Assembly: GCF_009914755.1 (NCBI RefSeq) | Contig: NC_060933.1 | Strand: one strand, 5' to 3' | DNA from: the human T2T-CHM13v2.0 reference genome, Homo sapiens | Length of the DNA: 64,000 nucleotides | Part shown: piece by piece, positions 16,644 through 29,421 of the stretch | Layout of the letters: every line of letters begins with the position of its first letter | How positions within the stretch are numbered: position 1 is the stretch's first letter | Translations under genes and position numbers: made by a program | The notes under the pieces: model-generated | The model's database searches: none | What the model was told of the DNA's origin: nothing | What the model saw: only the letters and a program-made list of their open reading frames with translations

Positions 16644-17842
16644 TTTCACTTTCTCCATAATGTCCTTTGAAACACTGTTTTTAAGTCCAACTTACTTTTT
16701 CTTTGGTTGCTTGTGCCTAATCCAGGGTTATGAATATTTACGACTAAGTTTTAAGAATTTTATAGTTATATCTCCTACATTTAGGTCTTTGATCCATTTT
16801 GAGTTAATTTTCATATATGATATGAAAGAGAGATCTGACTTCGTTCTTCTAACGTGGCTATTCAATTGTCAGAGCACCATTTATGGAAAGGATTTTTTTC
16901 CCATTGTCAAAAATCAACTATAGAGGTATGGGTTTATTTATAGATTCTTAATTGTATTCTAATGATCTATAATATCTTCTTATGCCAATACCACATTGCC
17001 TTGATTTCTGTTGCTTTGTAGGAAATTTTGAAAGCGAGAGTCCTAAGTTTGTTTTTTCTAGGTTGTTTTGGCTATTCTAGGTCCCTTGTATTTCCATATG
17101 AATTGCAGGATCAGCTTGTCAATTTCTATACTAAAATAAAGGCAGTTGGGATTTTCATAAGCGTTGTATTCATGACATAAAGCAAATGTGGAGAATATTG
17201 CCATATTAAGCCTTCCAGTCCATGAACATGAGATGTCTTTCCATTTATTGGGTTTTTCATGTCTTTTAACAGTGGATTATAATTTTTGCTAAGTCTCATA
17301 CTTTTGTTAGATTTATTTCTAAGTATTGCTACTGTAAAAAAAATGGAATTTCCTGTTTTTGGATTGTGTATATAAATACAATTGCTTCTGTATATTGACA
17401 TTGCATCATGCAACATCAAACTTTTTCTTTTTTGTGGATTCCTTAGGATTTTCTACATTGAAGGTCATGTTGTTTGCAACCAGAGATAGTTTGAACTCTT
17501 CCTTTTCAATCTGGATGCCTTTTCTTTCTTTCTCCTCCCAAACGGTCCTGGCTAGAGCCACTAGTACAATGCTTATTAGGTGGCAATAGTGGATATCGTT
17601 GTCTTCTGATCTTAGGGAGAAGCTTTCTCTCATCACTAATTATGATGCTAGCTGTGGGTTTTTTATTGATAAGCTTTATCTGGTTGAGGATGTTGCCTTC
17701 TGTATAGTTTGTCTTTTACAAAAATCCAAATCCCTTCCATGATAAAAACACTCAACAAACATACATTGCATCTACTGAAGTAGTCATGTGGTTTTTATCC
17801 TTTATTCTATTAATATGGTACATTACACTGATTTTCAAATGT

Positions 17843-18132
17843 TTTTGTTTTAAGACAGAGTTTTGCTCTGTCACCCATGCTGGAAGGAAGTGGCGCAGTC
17901 ATGGCTTGCTGCAGCCTCAACCTCCTGAGCTCAAGCCATCCTCCTACCTCAGTTTCTATAGTAGTTGGGCCCACAGGCACACACCACCATGCCCTGCTAA
18001 ATGTTGTGTTTTTAGTAGAGTCAGGGTTTTGCCATGTTGTCCAGGCCAGTCTCAAACTCCTGGGCTTAAGCAATCCACCCACCTTGGCCTCCCAAAGTGC
18101 TGAAATTAAGCATGTGCCACTGCACCTGGCCA
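17843..18132 (-). mobile_element. AluJ nested in old L1
   Basis: Diverged dimer. Confidence 0.9.
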
Positions 18133-18338
18133 ACTTTCTGTTAAACCAACCTTGCATTCCTGGCATAAATTCCATTTGGTCATGCTGTAGAGCCAAACTG
18201 GAGGAAAAAAAAAATTATTACCAACATGTTATGTTTTTACAAGTCAAATATGGAAGTAGAAGTGTCAAAAAATACACTGATACACTCCAAAAATCCCTAC
18301 GTATTTCAACTAAAAACAGACATTAAGAGCCATAACTG

Positions 18339-21300
18339 GGATTGCTGGCAAGATGGCTGAATAGGAACAGCTCTGGTCTGCAGCTCCCAGCGAGATCGAC
18401 ACAGAAGGCGGGTGATTTCTGCATTTCCAGCTGAGGTACCTGGTTCATCTCACTGGGACTGGTTGGACAGTGGGTGCAGCCCTGTGAGGGTAAGCCAAAG
18501 CCAGGGTAGTTCGTTGCCTCACCTGGGAAGCGCAAGGGGTCGGGGAACTCCTTCTCCCAGCCAAGGGAAGCCATTAGGGACTGTTAGGGACTGTATCTTG
18601 CAATCCAGCCCAGATACTGTGCTTTTCCCACAGTCTTTGCAACCCGCAGACCAGGAGATTCCCTCCAGTGCCCACGCCACCAGGGCCCTGGGTTTCCAGT
18701 ACAAAACTGGATGGCTGTTTTGGGCAGACACAAAGCTAGCCGCAGTTTTTTTTTTTTCATACCCCAGTGGCACCTGAAACACCAGTCAGAACCATTCACT
18801 CCCCTGGAAAGGGGGCTGAAGCCAGGGAGCCAAGTGGTCTGGTTCGGTGGGTCCCACCCCCACAGAGCCCAGCAAGCTAAGATCCACTGGCTTGAAATTC
18901 TTGCTGCTGGCACAGCAGTCTGAGCTTGACCTGGGATGCTCCAACATGGGGGGAGGGGCGTCCACCATTGCTGAGGCTTGAGTAGGCAGTTTTACCCTCA
19001 CAGTGTAAACAAAGCCACTGGGAAGTTCAAAATGGGCGGAGCCCACTGCAGTTCAGCAAGGCAACTGCAGCCAGACTGCCTCTCTAGATTCCCTCCTCTC
19101 TGGGCAGGGCAACTCTGAAAAAAAGGCAGCAGCCCCAGTCAGGGACTAACAGATAAAACCCCCACCTCCCTGGGACAGAGCACTTTGGACAAAGGGCAGT
19201 TGTGGGCGCAGCTTCAACAGACTTATTTAAACGTCCCTGCCTGGCAGCTCTGAAGAGAGCAGCGGATCTCCCAGCACAGCATTGGAGCTCTGATAAAGGA
19301 CAGATTAACTCCTCAAGTGGGTCCTCCCAGTAGGTGCCAACAGACAACTCATACAGGAGAGCTCTAGCTGGCATCTGGCGGGTACCCCTGTAGGACGAAG
19401 CTTCCAGAGGAAGGAACAGGCAGCAATCTTTGCTGTTCTGCAGCCTTCACCAGTGATACCCAGGCAAACAGGGTCTGGACTGGACCTCAAGTCAACTCCA
19501 GCCAACCTGCAGCAGAGGGCCTGAATGTTAAGAAGGAAAACCACCAAACAGAAAGGAATACTATCAACATCAACAAAAAGGACGTCCACTCAAGAGAACC
19601 CAGCTGAAGGTCACCAACTTCAAAGGTAGATAAATCCACGAAGATGAGGAAAAAACAGCAAAAAAAGGCTGAAAATTCCAAAAAGCAGATCACCTCTTCT
19701 CCTCCAAAGGATCACAACTCCTTGCCAGCAAGGGAACAGAACTGGACAGAGAATGAGTTTGACAAATTGACAGAAGTAAGCTTCAGAAGGTGGGTAATAA
19801 CAAACTCCTCCAAGCTAAAGGAGTGTATGTTCTAACCCAATGGAAGGAAGCTAAGAACCTTGAAAAAAGGTTAGATGAATTGCTAACTAGAATAACTAGT
19901 TTACAGAAGAATATAAATGACCTGATAGAGCTGAAAACAACAGCATGAGAACTTCATAAAGCATACACAGGTATCAGTAGCCGAATTGATCAAGTGGAAG
20001 AAAGGGTATCAGAGACTGAAGATCAACTCAATGAAATAAAGCAAGAAGACAAGATTAGAGAAAAAAGAGTGAAAAGAAACAAACAAAGCCTCCAAGAAAT
20101 ATGGGACTACGTGAAAAGGCCAAATCTACATTTGACTGGTGTACCTGAAAGCCACAGGGAGAATGGAACCAAGTTGGAAAACACTCTTCAGGATATTATT
20201 TAGGAGAACTTCCCCAACCTAGCAAGGCAGGCCAACATTCAATTCAGGAAATACAGAGAACGCCACCAAGATACTCCTTGAGAAGAGCAACTCCAAGACA
20301 CATAATTGTCGGATCCACCAAAGTTGAAATGAAGGAAAAAATGTTAAGGGCGGCCAGAGAGAAAGGTCGGGTTACCCACAAAGGGGAGCCCATCAGAGTA
20401 ACAGTGGATCTCTCAGCAGAAACTCTACAAGCCAGAAGAGAGTGGGGGCCCATATTCAACATTCTTAAAGAATTTTCAACCCAGAATTTCATATCCAGCC
20501 AAACCAAGCTTCATAAGCAAAGGAGAAATAAAGTCCTTTACAGACAAGCAAATGCTGAGATGTTTGTCACCACCAGGCCTGCCTTACAAGAGTTCCTGAA
20601 GGAAGCACTAAACATGGAAATGAACAACCAGTACCAGCCATTGCAAAAACATACCAAATTGTAAAGGCCATTGACGGTATGAAGAAACTGCATCAACTAA
20701 CGGGCAAAATAACCAGCCAGCATCATAATGGCAGGATCAAATTCACACATAACAACATTAACCTTAAATATAAATGCGCTAAATGCCCCAATTAAAAGAC
20801 ATAGACGGGCAAACTGGACAAAGAGTCAAGACCCATCAGTGTGGTGTATTCAGGAGATGCATCTCACATGCAAAGACACACACATGCTCAAAATAAAGGG
20901 ATGGAGGAATATTTACCAAGCAAATGAAAAGCAAAAATAAAAGCAGGGGTTGCAATCCTAGTTTCTGATAAAACAGACTTTAAACCAACAAAGATCAAGA
21001 GGGACAAAGAAGGCCATTACATAATGGTAAAGGGATCAATGCAACAAGAAGAGCTAACTATCCTAAATATATATGTACCCAATACAGGAGCACCCAGATT
21101 TATAAAGTTCTTAGAGACCTACAAAGAGACTTAGATTCCCACGCAATAATGGTGGGAGACTTTAACACCCCACTGTCAATATTAGATCAACATGATTGTA
21201 TATTTAGAAAACCCCATAGTCTCAGCCCAAAGTCTCCTTAAGCTGATAAGCAACTTCAGCAAAGTCTCAGGATACAAAGTCAGTGTGCAAAAATCACAAG

Positions 21301-23105
21301 CATACCTCTACACCAATAACAGACAAACAGAGAGCCAAATCATGAGTGAACTCCCATTCACAACTGCTGCAAAGACAATAAAATACCTAGGAATACAACT
21401 TACAGAGGATGTGAAGGACCTCTTCAAGGAGAACTACAAACCACTGTTCAATGAAATAAGAAAGGACACACACAAATGGAAGAACATTCTATGCTCATGG
21501 ATAGGAAGAATCAATATTGTGAAAATGGCCATACTGCCCAAAGTAATTTACAAATTCAGTGCTATCCCCAACAAGCTACCATTGACTTTCTTCACAGAAT
21601 TGAATAACTACTTTAAAGTTCATATGGAACCAAAAAAGAGCCCACATAGCCAAGACAATCCTAAGCAAAAAGAACAGTGCTGGAGACATCACGCTACTGA
21701 CTTCAAACTATACTACAAGGCCACAGTAACAAAAACAGCATGGTACTGGTACCAAAACAAGATATATAGACCAGTGAAACAGAACAGAGACCTCAGAAAT
21801 AATACCACACATCTACAACCATCTGATCTTTGACAAACCTGACAAAAACAAAGAATGGGGAAGGGATTCCCTATTTAATAAATGGTGTTGGGAAAACTAG
21901 CTAGCCATGTGCAGAAAGCTGACACTGGATCCCTTCCTTACACCTTATACAAAAATTAACTCAAGATGGATTAAAGACTTAAACGTAAGACATAAAAACC
22001 CTAGAAGAAAACCTAGGCAATACCATTCAGGACACAGGCATGGGCAAAGACTTCATGACTAAAACACCAAAAGCAATGGCAACAGAAGCCAAAATAGACA
22101 AATGGGATCTAATTAAAGAGCTTCCGCACAGCAAAAGAAACTAACATCAGAGTGAACGGGCAACCTACAGAATGGGAGAAAATTTTTGCAATCTATCCAT
22201 CTGACAAAGGGCTAATACCAGAATCTACAAAGAACTTAAACTTACAGGAAAAAAAAAAAACATCAAAAAGTGGGCAAAGGGTATGAACAGACACTTCTCA
22301 AAAGAAGACATTTATGCAGCCAACAAACATATGAAAAATAAGCTCATCACCACTGGTCAGAGAAATGCAAATCAAAACTACAATGAGATACCATGTCACG
22401 CCAGTTAGAACGGCGATCATTAAAAAGTCAGGAAACAACAGATGCTAAAGAGGATGTGGAGAAATAGGAACTCTTTTACATTGTTGGTGGGAGTGTAAAT
22501 TAGTCCAACCATTGTGGAAGACAGTGTGACGATTCCTCAAGGATCTAGAACTAGAAATATCATTTGACCCAGCCATCCCATTACTGGATATATACCCAAA
22601 GGACTATAAATCATTCCACTATAAAGACACATGCACACGTATGTTTACTGCAGCACTGTTCACGATAGCAAAGACTCAGAACCAACCCAAATGCCCATCA
22701 TCAATGATAGACTGGATAAAGAAAATGTGGCACGTATGCACCATGGAATACTATGCAGCCCTAAAAATGGTTGAGTTCCTGTCCTTTGCAGGGACATGGA
22801 TGAAGCTGGAAGCCATCATTCTCAGCAAACTAACACAAGAACAGAAAGCCAAACACCGCATGTTCTCACTCATAAGTGGGAGTTGAACAATGAGAACACA
22901 TGGACACAGGGAGGGGAACATCACACACCAGAGCCTGTCAGAGGGTGGGGGGCTAGGGGAGGGACAGCATTAGGAGAAATACCTAATGTAGATGACAGGT
23001 TGATGGGTGCAGCAAACTGCCATGGCACATGTATACATATGTAACAAACCTGTACATTCCACACATGTACCCCAGAACTTAAAGTATAATTTTAAAAAAT
23101 TTAAA
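18339..23105 (+). mobile_element. Near-full-length L1PA (L1PA7/8-like), inactive, with internal ORF2 deletion
   Basis: 5'UTR with YY1-like CAAGATGGC (18349-18357); broken ORF1 19644-20664; ORF2 from 20728; G-rich 3'UTR; TSD aagagccataactg 18325-18338 vs aagagtcgtaactg 23106-23119. Confidence 0.93.
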
Positions 23106-23709
23106 AAGAGTCGTAACTGCATCTTGGCTAAAAACAAATGTAAATAGCCATAACTGCATCTTGACTTTATTGGCCCTAAAAGAAGAAGAGGAGTATTAGG
23201 TTAGAAGTTGTTCAGCTGCTTCACCTTGCATTGAACTGTTCTGAGAGAATTCACTCAAAGTTTAAATAACTTGCACAGAGATCTCTGAACTCAAAGTTCA
23301 TGCTCTATTTTGGTGAGTGGTGGTGCCCTTTCCTTCTGTGGAGATTAGAATAAGCAATGAGTCACTCTGGCTGAAAGGCAACTTCTTCCCTCCCTCCTAC
23401 CCTTACTCCCAAATAAAAGAACGCCCTTTACCCTTTGCTATTTTTTTGCTAATGGGGATGATTTAAAACTCCTACATAGGTGAAGCTCAACATTTACCTA
23501 ATAATTTCTGTGAAATTCAGAAGTACCATTTCATTCTAAGATAAAGGATTCTAACTGAAGTAAACATTTCCATGTTGAGTTCTTTGCTCACATGAGCCAT
23601 CTAGGTCTTTTAACAGCAATTAAAAGGCTCTGTGGACATGGAATAACCCTTGAAAATATGGGGATACAGAAGAACACAGATCTGTTTTTCAGTTAAAAAG
23701 ATACCAACC

Positions 23710-26283
23710 AGTATATTAAACAGTTTATTTCAGTAACATTGTAAGGCAACAATTAATCCTCAGTAAGTCAGCAAACCAGTGACAAGAAATTGACAAACAC
23801 TCCTTCTACAGCTTCCTGAGACAGCAGGCTGGCTTGTGGCCCCCTGGGTGGTAACATCTTAAGGAATCCTATCATGTTTGTTTATATATGCTAAACTGTA
23901 AAAACAAACACTTCATGCGACAATCATTCTTAGGTCAAACACAAGAACGAACTATTTTGAAATCAATTCCTCACACTTTTTCCCTGAATATGCAGTACTG
24001 TACTACTAACATCTAATTCTGTAGAAAATAATGCATTTGTTAGTGACTTTGTTAGAGCTTGAAAAGACCCTTTTAGAAATTATTTAAATGATCACTCTTT
24101 AAAAATTTTTTTTAATCTCAGAATCTACTAATGTGACAGACAAACGGTATGCTTAACAGAGTCATAAATACTGTGTATAATTGCTTGACCATTTCTGGCA
24201 TTTAAATGACCTCCCAGAATATTACACAAGCCCTGAGACTAGTGAGCATCTTACTACTGACCTTGTACAATACCAAAGCTTCATAATGCTAAAGAAAACC
24301 AAAACAAAAGACAATGGTTTACACAGGGAAATAACCCTAAGGCAATATGAAAACAGTCATAATTTATTACTGATAAAGAGTAAAGGCATCCTTCCCATAG
24401 AGGGGGGGAATTCACAGGGAACACTAATTATATCAGATGAACCACGGGGATAGAAAATAGGCCCATTTTTAAAATTCATTGAGAAATTATTACTTTTTCT
24501 CCACAACTGTGATTCTATACAAAATATAAACCCTGCAAACCTTATGTGCTACCTGACAGATAAAAGTAGCAGGAGCCAGACTCTTGAAGCACTTGAGACT
24601 GATTTCTACAAAGTCCAGGAAGAGCAATGATTCCAGTGTGCAGTGCTGATGCATGTGTGAGCCTAACATGTTATTCAGCTCTGGTTGCAGCCCCATCTAC
24701 ATGGGCCCAGTTAGTTTTTAGGGAGTCACAGATTAGGCAGGCAACGAGGGGCATGATTTAAAAAGCACATCATACACATGAGACAAGCAGCTTCAAGGAC
24801 GTTTTCTCCGGCAATGCATACTTACTGTGCTCTTTCTATTCAGACAGATCCACAGACCACCTTTCAAGAGCATTCCTCTCTCATTTCCTCCATCACCCAA
24901 GATAAATCTAGCCACCCTTTTTTGTTAACTGTGCCTTTTCTTTCAACTTTTTGTCCTTGTTAAAACTCAAAATTTGTCCAACGTTTCACATTTCCTAATG
25001 ATAAAAAGAAAGCTTGCACAGTTTACCATTGATCTCACCAATGCCCTCACTGCTGGAACCAAAAAGCCATGAGAGGTACTGCTGTGATACACCTTACAAG
25101 CTACATAGCCATCTTCAAAATGAAAACCACCTTTTAAGTCCTCATGCTGCCATTACGCAGGATCTGAACCACCTACACGTACAGTGGTCTCATTCCAGTA
25201 TAAGCCACAACCTCAAGTCTCAGGAAAGCCAGTCTGCTGGATAGTAAGTTACTGAGAAAAACTAATCTATTCAACTGGCTGGAAAACAAAAAGATAGGCC
25301 CAGTGCATCAGTAAGATTATACCATGAAGGACTAACCTTGTATAACACAAGACTCCTATGAAACAAAGAAAAGAGAATAAATATTTATAAAATTCCCACC
25401 ACTCCCAGCCTTCCTTCTACCCCAGAATAGCCCAGATGGCAGCTCAGTGCTCTGAGGAAGGAAGTTAAGGTCATGTACTGGCACAAACAATATTCTGAAC
25501 CAAAAGAACCTACGAAAACCAGAGGGGTATGTGGCCAAATATTCCCCTTTTCAACTTGGTAAGATGGAGAGGGGTAACAGACATGTTTCAGAGGAAAACA
25601 GGCATAGAAAACCACCTCAGGAAAGCAGCACAGCAGTGCATCTGTGTGTCCACTTGTCAGGACAGTGAGTCACCAGCTCAGCACAGGGTCCAGGCCTCAG
25701 CACAGAGAGACAAAGCACATTTGAGAGGCTGCCTGAAGAAACAGCTTGACACAGGCTACAGCCTCAAGAGTGCAATGCTTCTCTCCCAGCCCTATGGCAA
25801 TCACTTTCCAGTGACCTACACAGAGTTATATTCTCAAGGGGAATCATTACCTCAGTGAATGATATTTTACCCACCATCCACTAATACAACAAATGGTTTT
25901 GGGGCTTAAATTGGAAACAACTTTTGTCTCATTAACAATGCTCTGACAGTGTACATCTTTCTTGATCCTAAAGGGGCAGCTATTGAAGTGGATTGTTGGC
26001 TTTGTCCTTAAGGTCATATAAAATGACGTGTGTGTAGTGGCAGTACCCACATGTGCTGAAGTGCCAAAAGACTGGCATTTTCAAGTGTCAACAGGCCATG
26101 CATCACTGCGCCACAGCTAAACCCTTATAGTGCTTGGCCCTGAAAAGCGTTAACCCAGAAAGCTCTTTGAACATATGATCATTAAAATTCATTGACTTAC
26201 GTTACAAACATCCACGTAACATAGGGAGAAACCATGTCACATGGAGTATCCACTGGGCATGTACTTAGAGCTCATCCACAAGA
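23710..26283 (-). other. ERMP1: ERMP1 3'UTR (end approximate)
   Basis: Unique sequence between the stop and the - strand AATAAA at 23724-23729. Confidence 0.75.
23724..23729 (-). terminator. ERMP1: ERMP1 polyA signal
   Basis: tttatt on +; downstream GU/U-rich element tggttggtatcttttt on - strand. Confidence 0.75.
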
Positions 26284-26448
26284 TTAAAATACAAAGAGAT
26301 CGTAGGTGCACACCCAGGCAGAGGGAAATGTCCAATCTGGGAACTTTTCCTTCAGAGCATCCAGTTGAGGGGATCTCTTGTCTTCCCCAGACAGATAGTG
26401 GGCAGCAATGGCCACGGTGACCATTCCTTCAGGATGTTCTTCTGAAAC
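26284..26448 (-). CDS. ERMP1: ERMP1 terminal coding exon (VSEEHPEG...FPDW...YDLFVF*)
   Basis: tggcag acceptor; TAA at 26284-26286. Confidence 0.95.
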   Translation of the reverse strand, partial: VSEEHPEGMVTVAIAAHYLSGEDKRSPQLDALKEKFPDWTFPSAWVCTYDLFVF

Positions 26449-26569
26449 CTGCCAGAGAAAATCAATTAGTTCTCCAGTTCTCAGAAGCCAGAATACTGAA
26501 CCCAAGGTTCTTGCTAAATACCACCTGGGAACCTAATCAATGAAACAAACAATGCTGGGAAATTGGCAC

Positions 26570-26733
26570 CTGCACTTCTATCCAGAACTGCCATGCAGAG
26601 GCCTGGAGTCCATGGGAGTAAAAGACAAAGTAGTCTCCTCCTTTACTTGTGACTGGGGTGCCATTGCCAAGAGACCACTGAGAAAGTGTTGACCCTTTGT
26701 GGGCTCGAACATAGAAGGACATATGGCTTGGTC
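26570..26733 (-). CDS. ERMP1: ERMP1 penultimate exon (GPSHMSFYV...FWIEVQ)
   Basis: ttacag / gtgcca; 164 nt. Confidence 0.94.
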
Positions 26734-28694
26734 CTGTAAGGTAAAAGGAAGAAAGAACAGTTAATCTTTTTAAAAGGATCAAAAAAATAACCCACAATCC
26801 AAACCAGACTTCATAAAGGTTCATGCCTGCATGACTTTAAATATACTTACTATAAACCTAATGGAGGTTTACCAGTTTGGACACTTAGTGTGAATCAACA
26901 AGGTTAAATAATGAGGTACAGGAGAAAAGGCACAGACTGTAAATGAGAAAGCCTGTGTTAAGTTGGTCCTATCACTTAACTGCTGCATGACATCAGGAAT
27001 TTAATCTATGTCACAATTTCTTCATTGAGGGGATTATATTAGAAAAAGCATATGAAAGTGTTGGCAAAACTGCGAAGTGCTGTAACAGTACTGAATAGGA
27101 CTGCCATTATGAATGGAGTTGTAATTTTCAGAGTTGATCATGTAACACCTTAAAATATGTTTTACTAGTTTTTCCCTTCAAGCTGGAAAATATTAGCTCA
27201 GTTCTGAAAATTTAGTCATCACTGGGAACTTCCAAGGAAACTGATGACAGTGGAAGTCAAACTAAAACTAAAATAGATAAAACTAAACAAAAACACACCC
27301 TCAGCCTAACTTAAAGACAGAGAATACCCACATTTGAAATAACCGTAAATTTTTAAATCTCAGGGAGCAATCTCACACACTTGTGCCCACCCTGCTTCTG
27401 CTGCAAGGCTTTGTGGCAAATGCAGACCAAGTCAGTCCACCCTAAATCTGAAAATACTACTATAGTGTCCAGTCAAAGAAAGGTTTACAGGGCAGGGACT
27501 TAAAAGTATATTATTGAAGTAACAGTCTTCAAAACCAAAGCTTCTCAGGGAAAAATAAAAAAGAAGGAAGAGGAATCCTTTGGCATTTGGGTGGTGAAGA
27601 TGAAAAGAAGCAAAAGAAAATTCAGGGTCCTGCAAGAAAAATCCAGTCAAAAAAGTTGAAAGAGATAAATATTATTCATCCACACCAACACAAACTTCCT
27701 AAAGAATCTGGACTTTCTTACACTGACAGAAAAGGAAGCCATTGCTAGAAATCTTACAAAACAGCACAAAAATGAGGAAGAAAAGGATAAACAGATCCAT
27801 ACAGTTATTACCAAAAAAAAGTATCAGAAAATTCCTCTTGGAAAAAAAAAGAAATAACCATGAAGCAGGAGAAAATGTTATAATCACACTCCAACTACAA
27901 ATATATCCATACAAACATTTGGGGATATTTAAAACCCCACCATGAATCAGAAATTCTTACTAGAAGGAAGAATTAAAAGGACCGACTAGACTCAGAAAAG
28001 AAATGGAGGAAAAAGGCAAAATTACCTTAGAAATGAAGACAATTACAAGATGCCCAACAGAATAGATTCAAAGGAAAATTTAATAACAGTCATAAAGACA
28101 GGAGAAATACTAAGAAAATTAAAATGGGAAAAAGCAAAGTAAAAAAGGTTAGCGATAGTGGTAAAAATGGAAGGCAGGTCAGAAAAAATATTCATTTGGT
28201 ACCCCAGAAGAAAACCAAACAACGAAACAGAACTAATATTTAAAACTGTAATCCAAGAAAGCATTCCAGAAACAAAAAGAGAGCTGAATCTACACATTGA
28301 AAGAGACTACCAGGCACCTTAGAATATTAACACAGAACAAACAACTTCAAGACATAACCTAGTAAAACTATTAGATTTCAAAGAAAAAAAAAATCTTCAA
28401 GGTCTTCAATAAAAAGTTTGATCAAATAACTTACAAAAAAAATTACATTGGTATCAGACCCCAAAAACAATATATAAAACAAGGCAACAATGGAACAACA
28501 ATTTTTAAAAACTCAATATTGGAAAACGTGAACCAAAGATTTTATGTCCACCAACTTGTCCTTCAACTATCAGGATTACAGAAAACCAATTTTAACCATA
28601 CAGAAACAGCACTCATGAGCCCTTCTTCAGAAACAGTCTAGAGAATAAGCTTCATCCAACCAACAGATAACTGTACAAACTTCAGCAAAAGAAC

Positions 28695-29116
28695 TTTTTC
28701 CTGAGACAGGGTCTTGCTCTATCACCTAGGTTCGAGTGCAGTGGTGTGAACACAGCCCACTGCTCTACCACCTAGGCTGGAATGCAGTGGCATGAACAGC
28801 CCACTGCTCTGTCACCTAGGGTCGAGTGCAGTGGCGTGAACACAGCAGCCCACTGCTCTATCGCCTAGGCTGGAGTCCAGTGGCATGAACACAGCCCACT
28901 GCAGCCTTGACTTCCTTGGCTTGAGCAATCCTATTGCCTCAGCCTCCCAAGTAGCTGGGACTACAGATGCATGCTACAAACCTGGCCTTTTTTTTTTTTT
29001 TTTGGTAGAGATGGGGTCTCCCCGTGTTGCCCAGGCTGGTCTCGAGCTCCTGGGCTCAAGCCATCCTCCTGCCTCAACCTCCCAAAGTACCCCCAAAGTG
29101 AGCCACCACACCTGGC
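28695..29116 (-). mobile_element. AluJ with internal tandem expansion
   Basis: Dimer lengthened by ~140 bp. Confidence 0.9.
28715..28899. repeat. 4 x ~46-bp Alu-derived minisatellite
   Basis: Units start tgctct at 28715, 28761, 28805, 28854. Confidence 0.92.
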
Positions 29117-29309
29117 CAAAAGAACTTATTATACTGAGGATTTTAATATATCCAAATGTATTACAAAAACACTAAGGTGAAGTTATAAGACAAATATACA
29201 AATGTTACATGTTGTAATAAAAATTGGATGGAAAATGGGAGAGAGAAAGAGGAAAGTAGAATAAGCATGGCTGTTGTATGGGTTAATTGGTGGGAGTTAA
29301 AACAATACC

Positions 29310-29421
29310 TTTTTTTTTTTTTTTTTTTTTTTCCCCTGAGACGGAGTCTCGTTCTGTGGCCCAGGCTGGAGCGCAGTGGCGCAATTTCAGCTCACTGCAA
29401 CCTCTGCCTCCCGGGTTCAAG
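29310..29421 (-). mobile_element. 5'-truncated Alu (right-arm end)
   Basis: PolyT plus gagacggagtctc...ggttcaag, then abrupt end. Confidence 0.88.

Larger units (their letters stand above)
16070..18185 (-). mobile_element. Old L1M fragment (ORF2/3' end) interrupted by a retrocopy, a micro-inversion and an AluJ
   Basis: Reverse complement resembles ORF2 of the L1 at 34100-35500. Confidence 0.8.

Noticed and set aside
19644-22886. L1 ORF1/ORF2 fragments as genes
   Set aside because: Multiple stops, frameshifts and the RT deletion make the element inactive
23120-23164. L1 3' transduction
   Set aside because: No second A tail, and the sequence matches the L1's left flank, so a pre-existing tandem dimer explains it better
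25529-25858. 109-aa + strand ORF antisense to the ERMP1 3'UTR
   Set aside because: GTG start, no recognisable motif; length expected by chance
28715-28899. CRISPR-like array
   Set aside because: Contiguous Alu-derived units with no unique spacers, in a eukaryotic context
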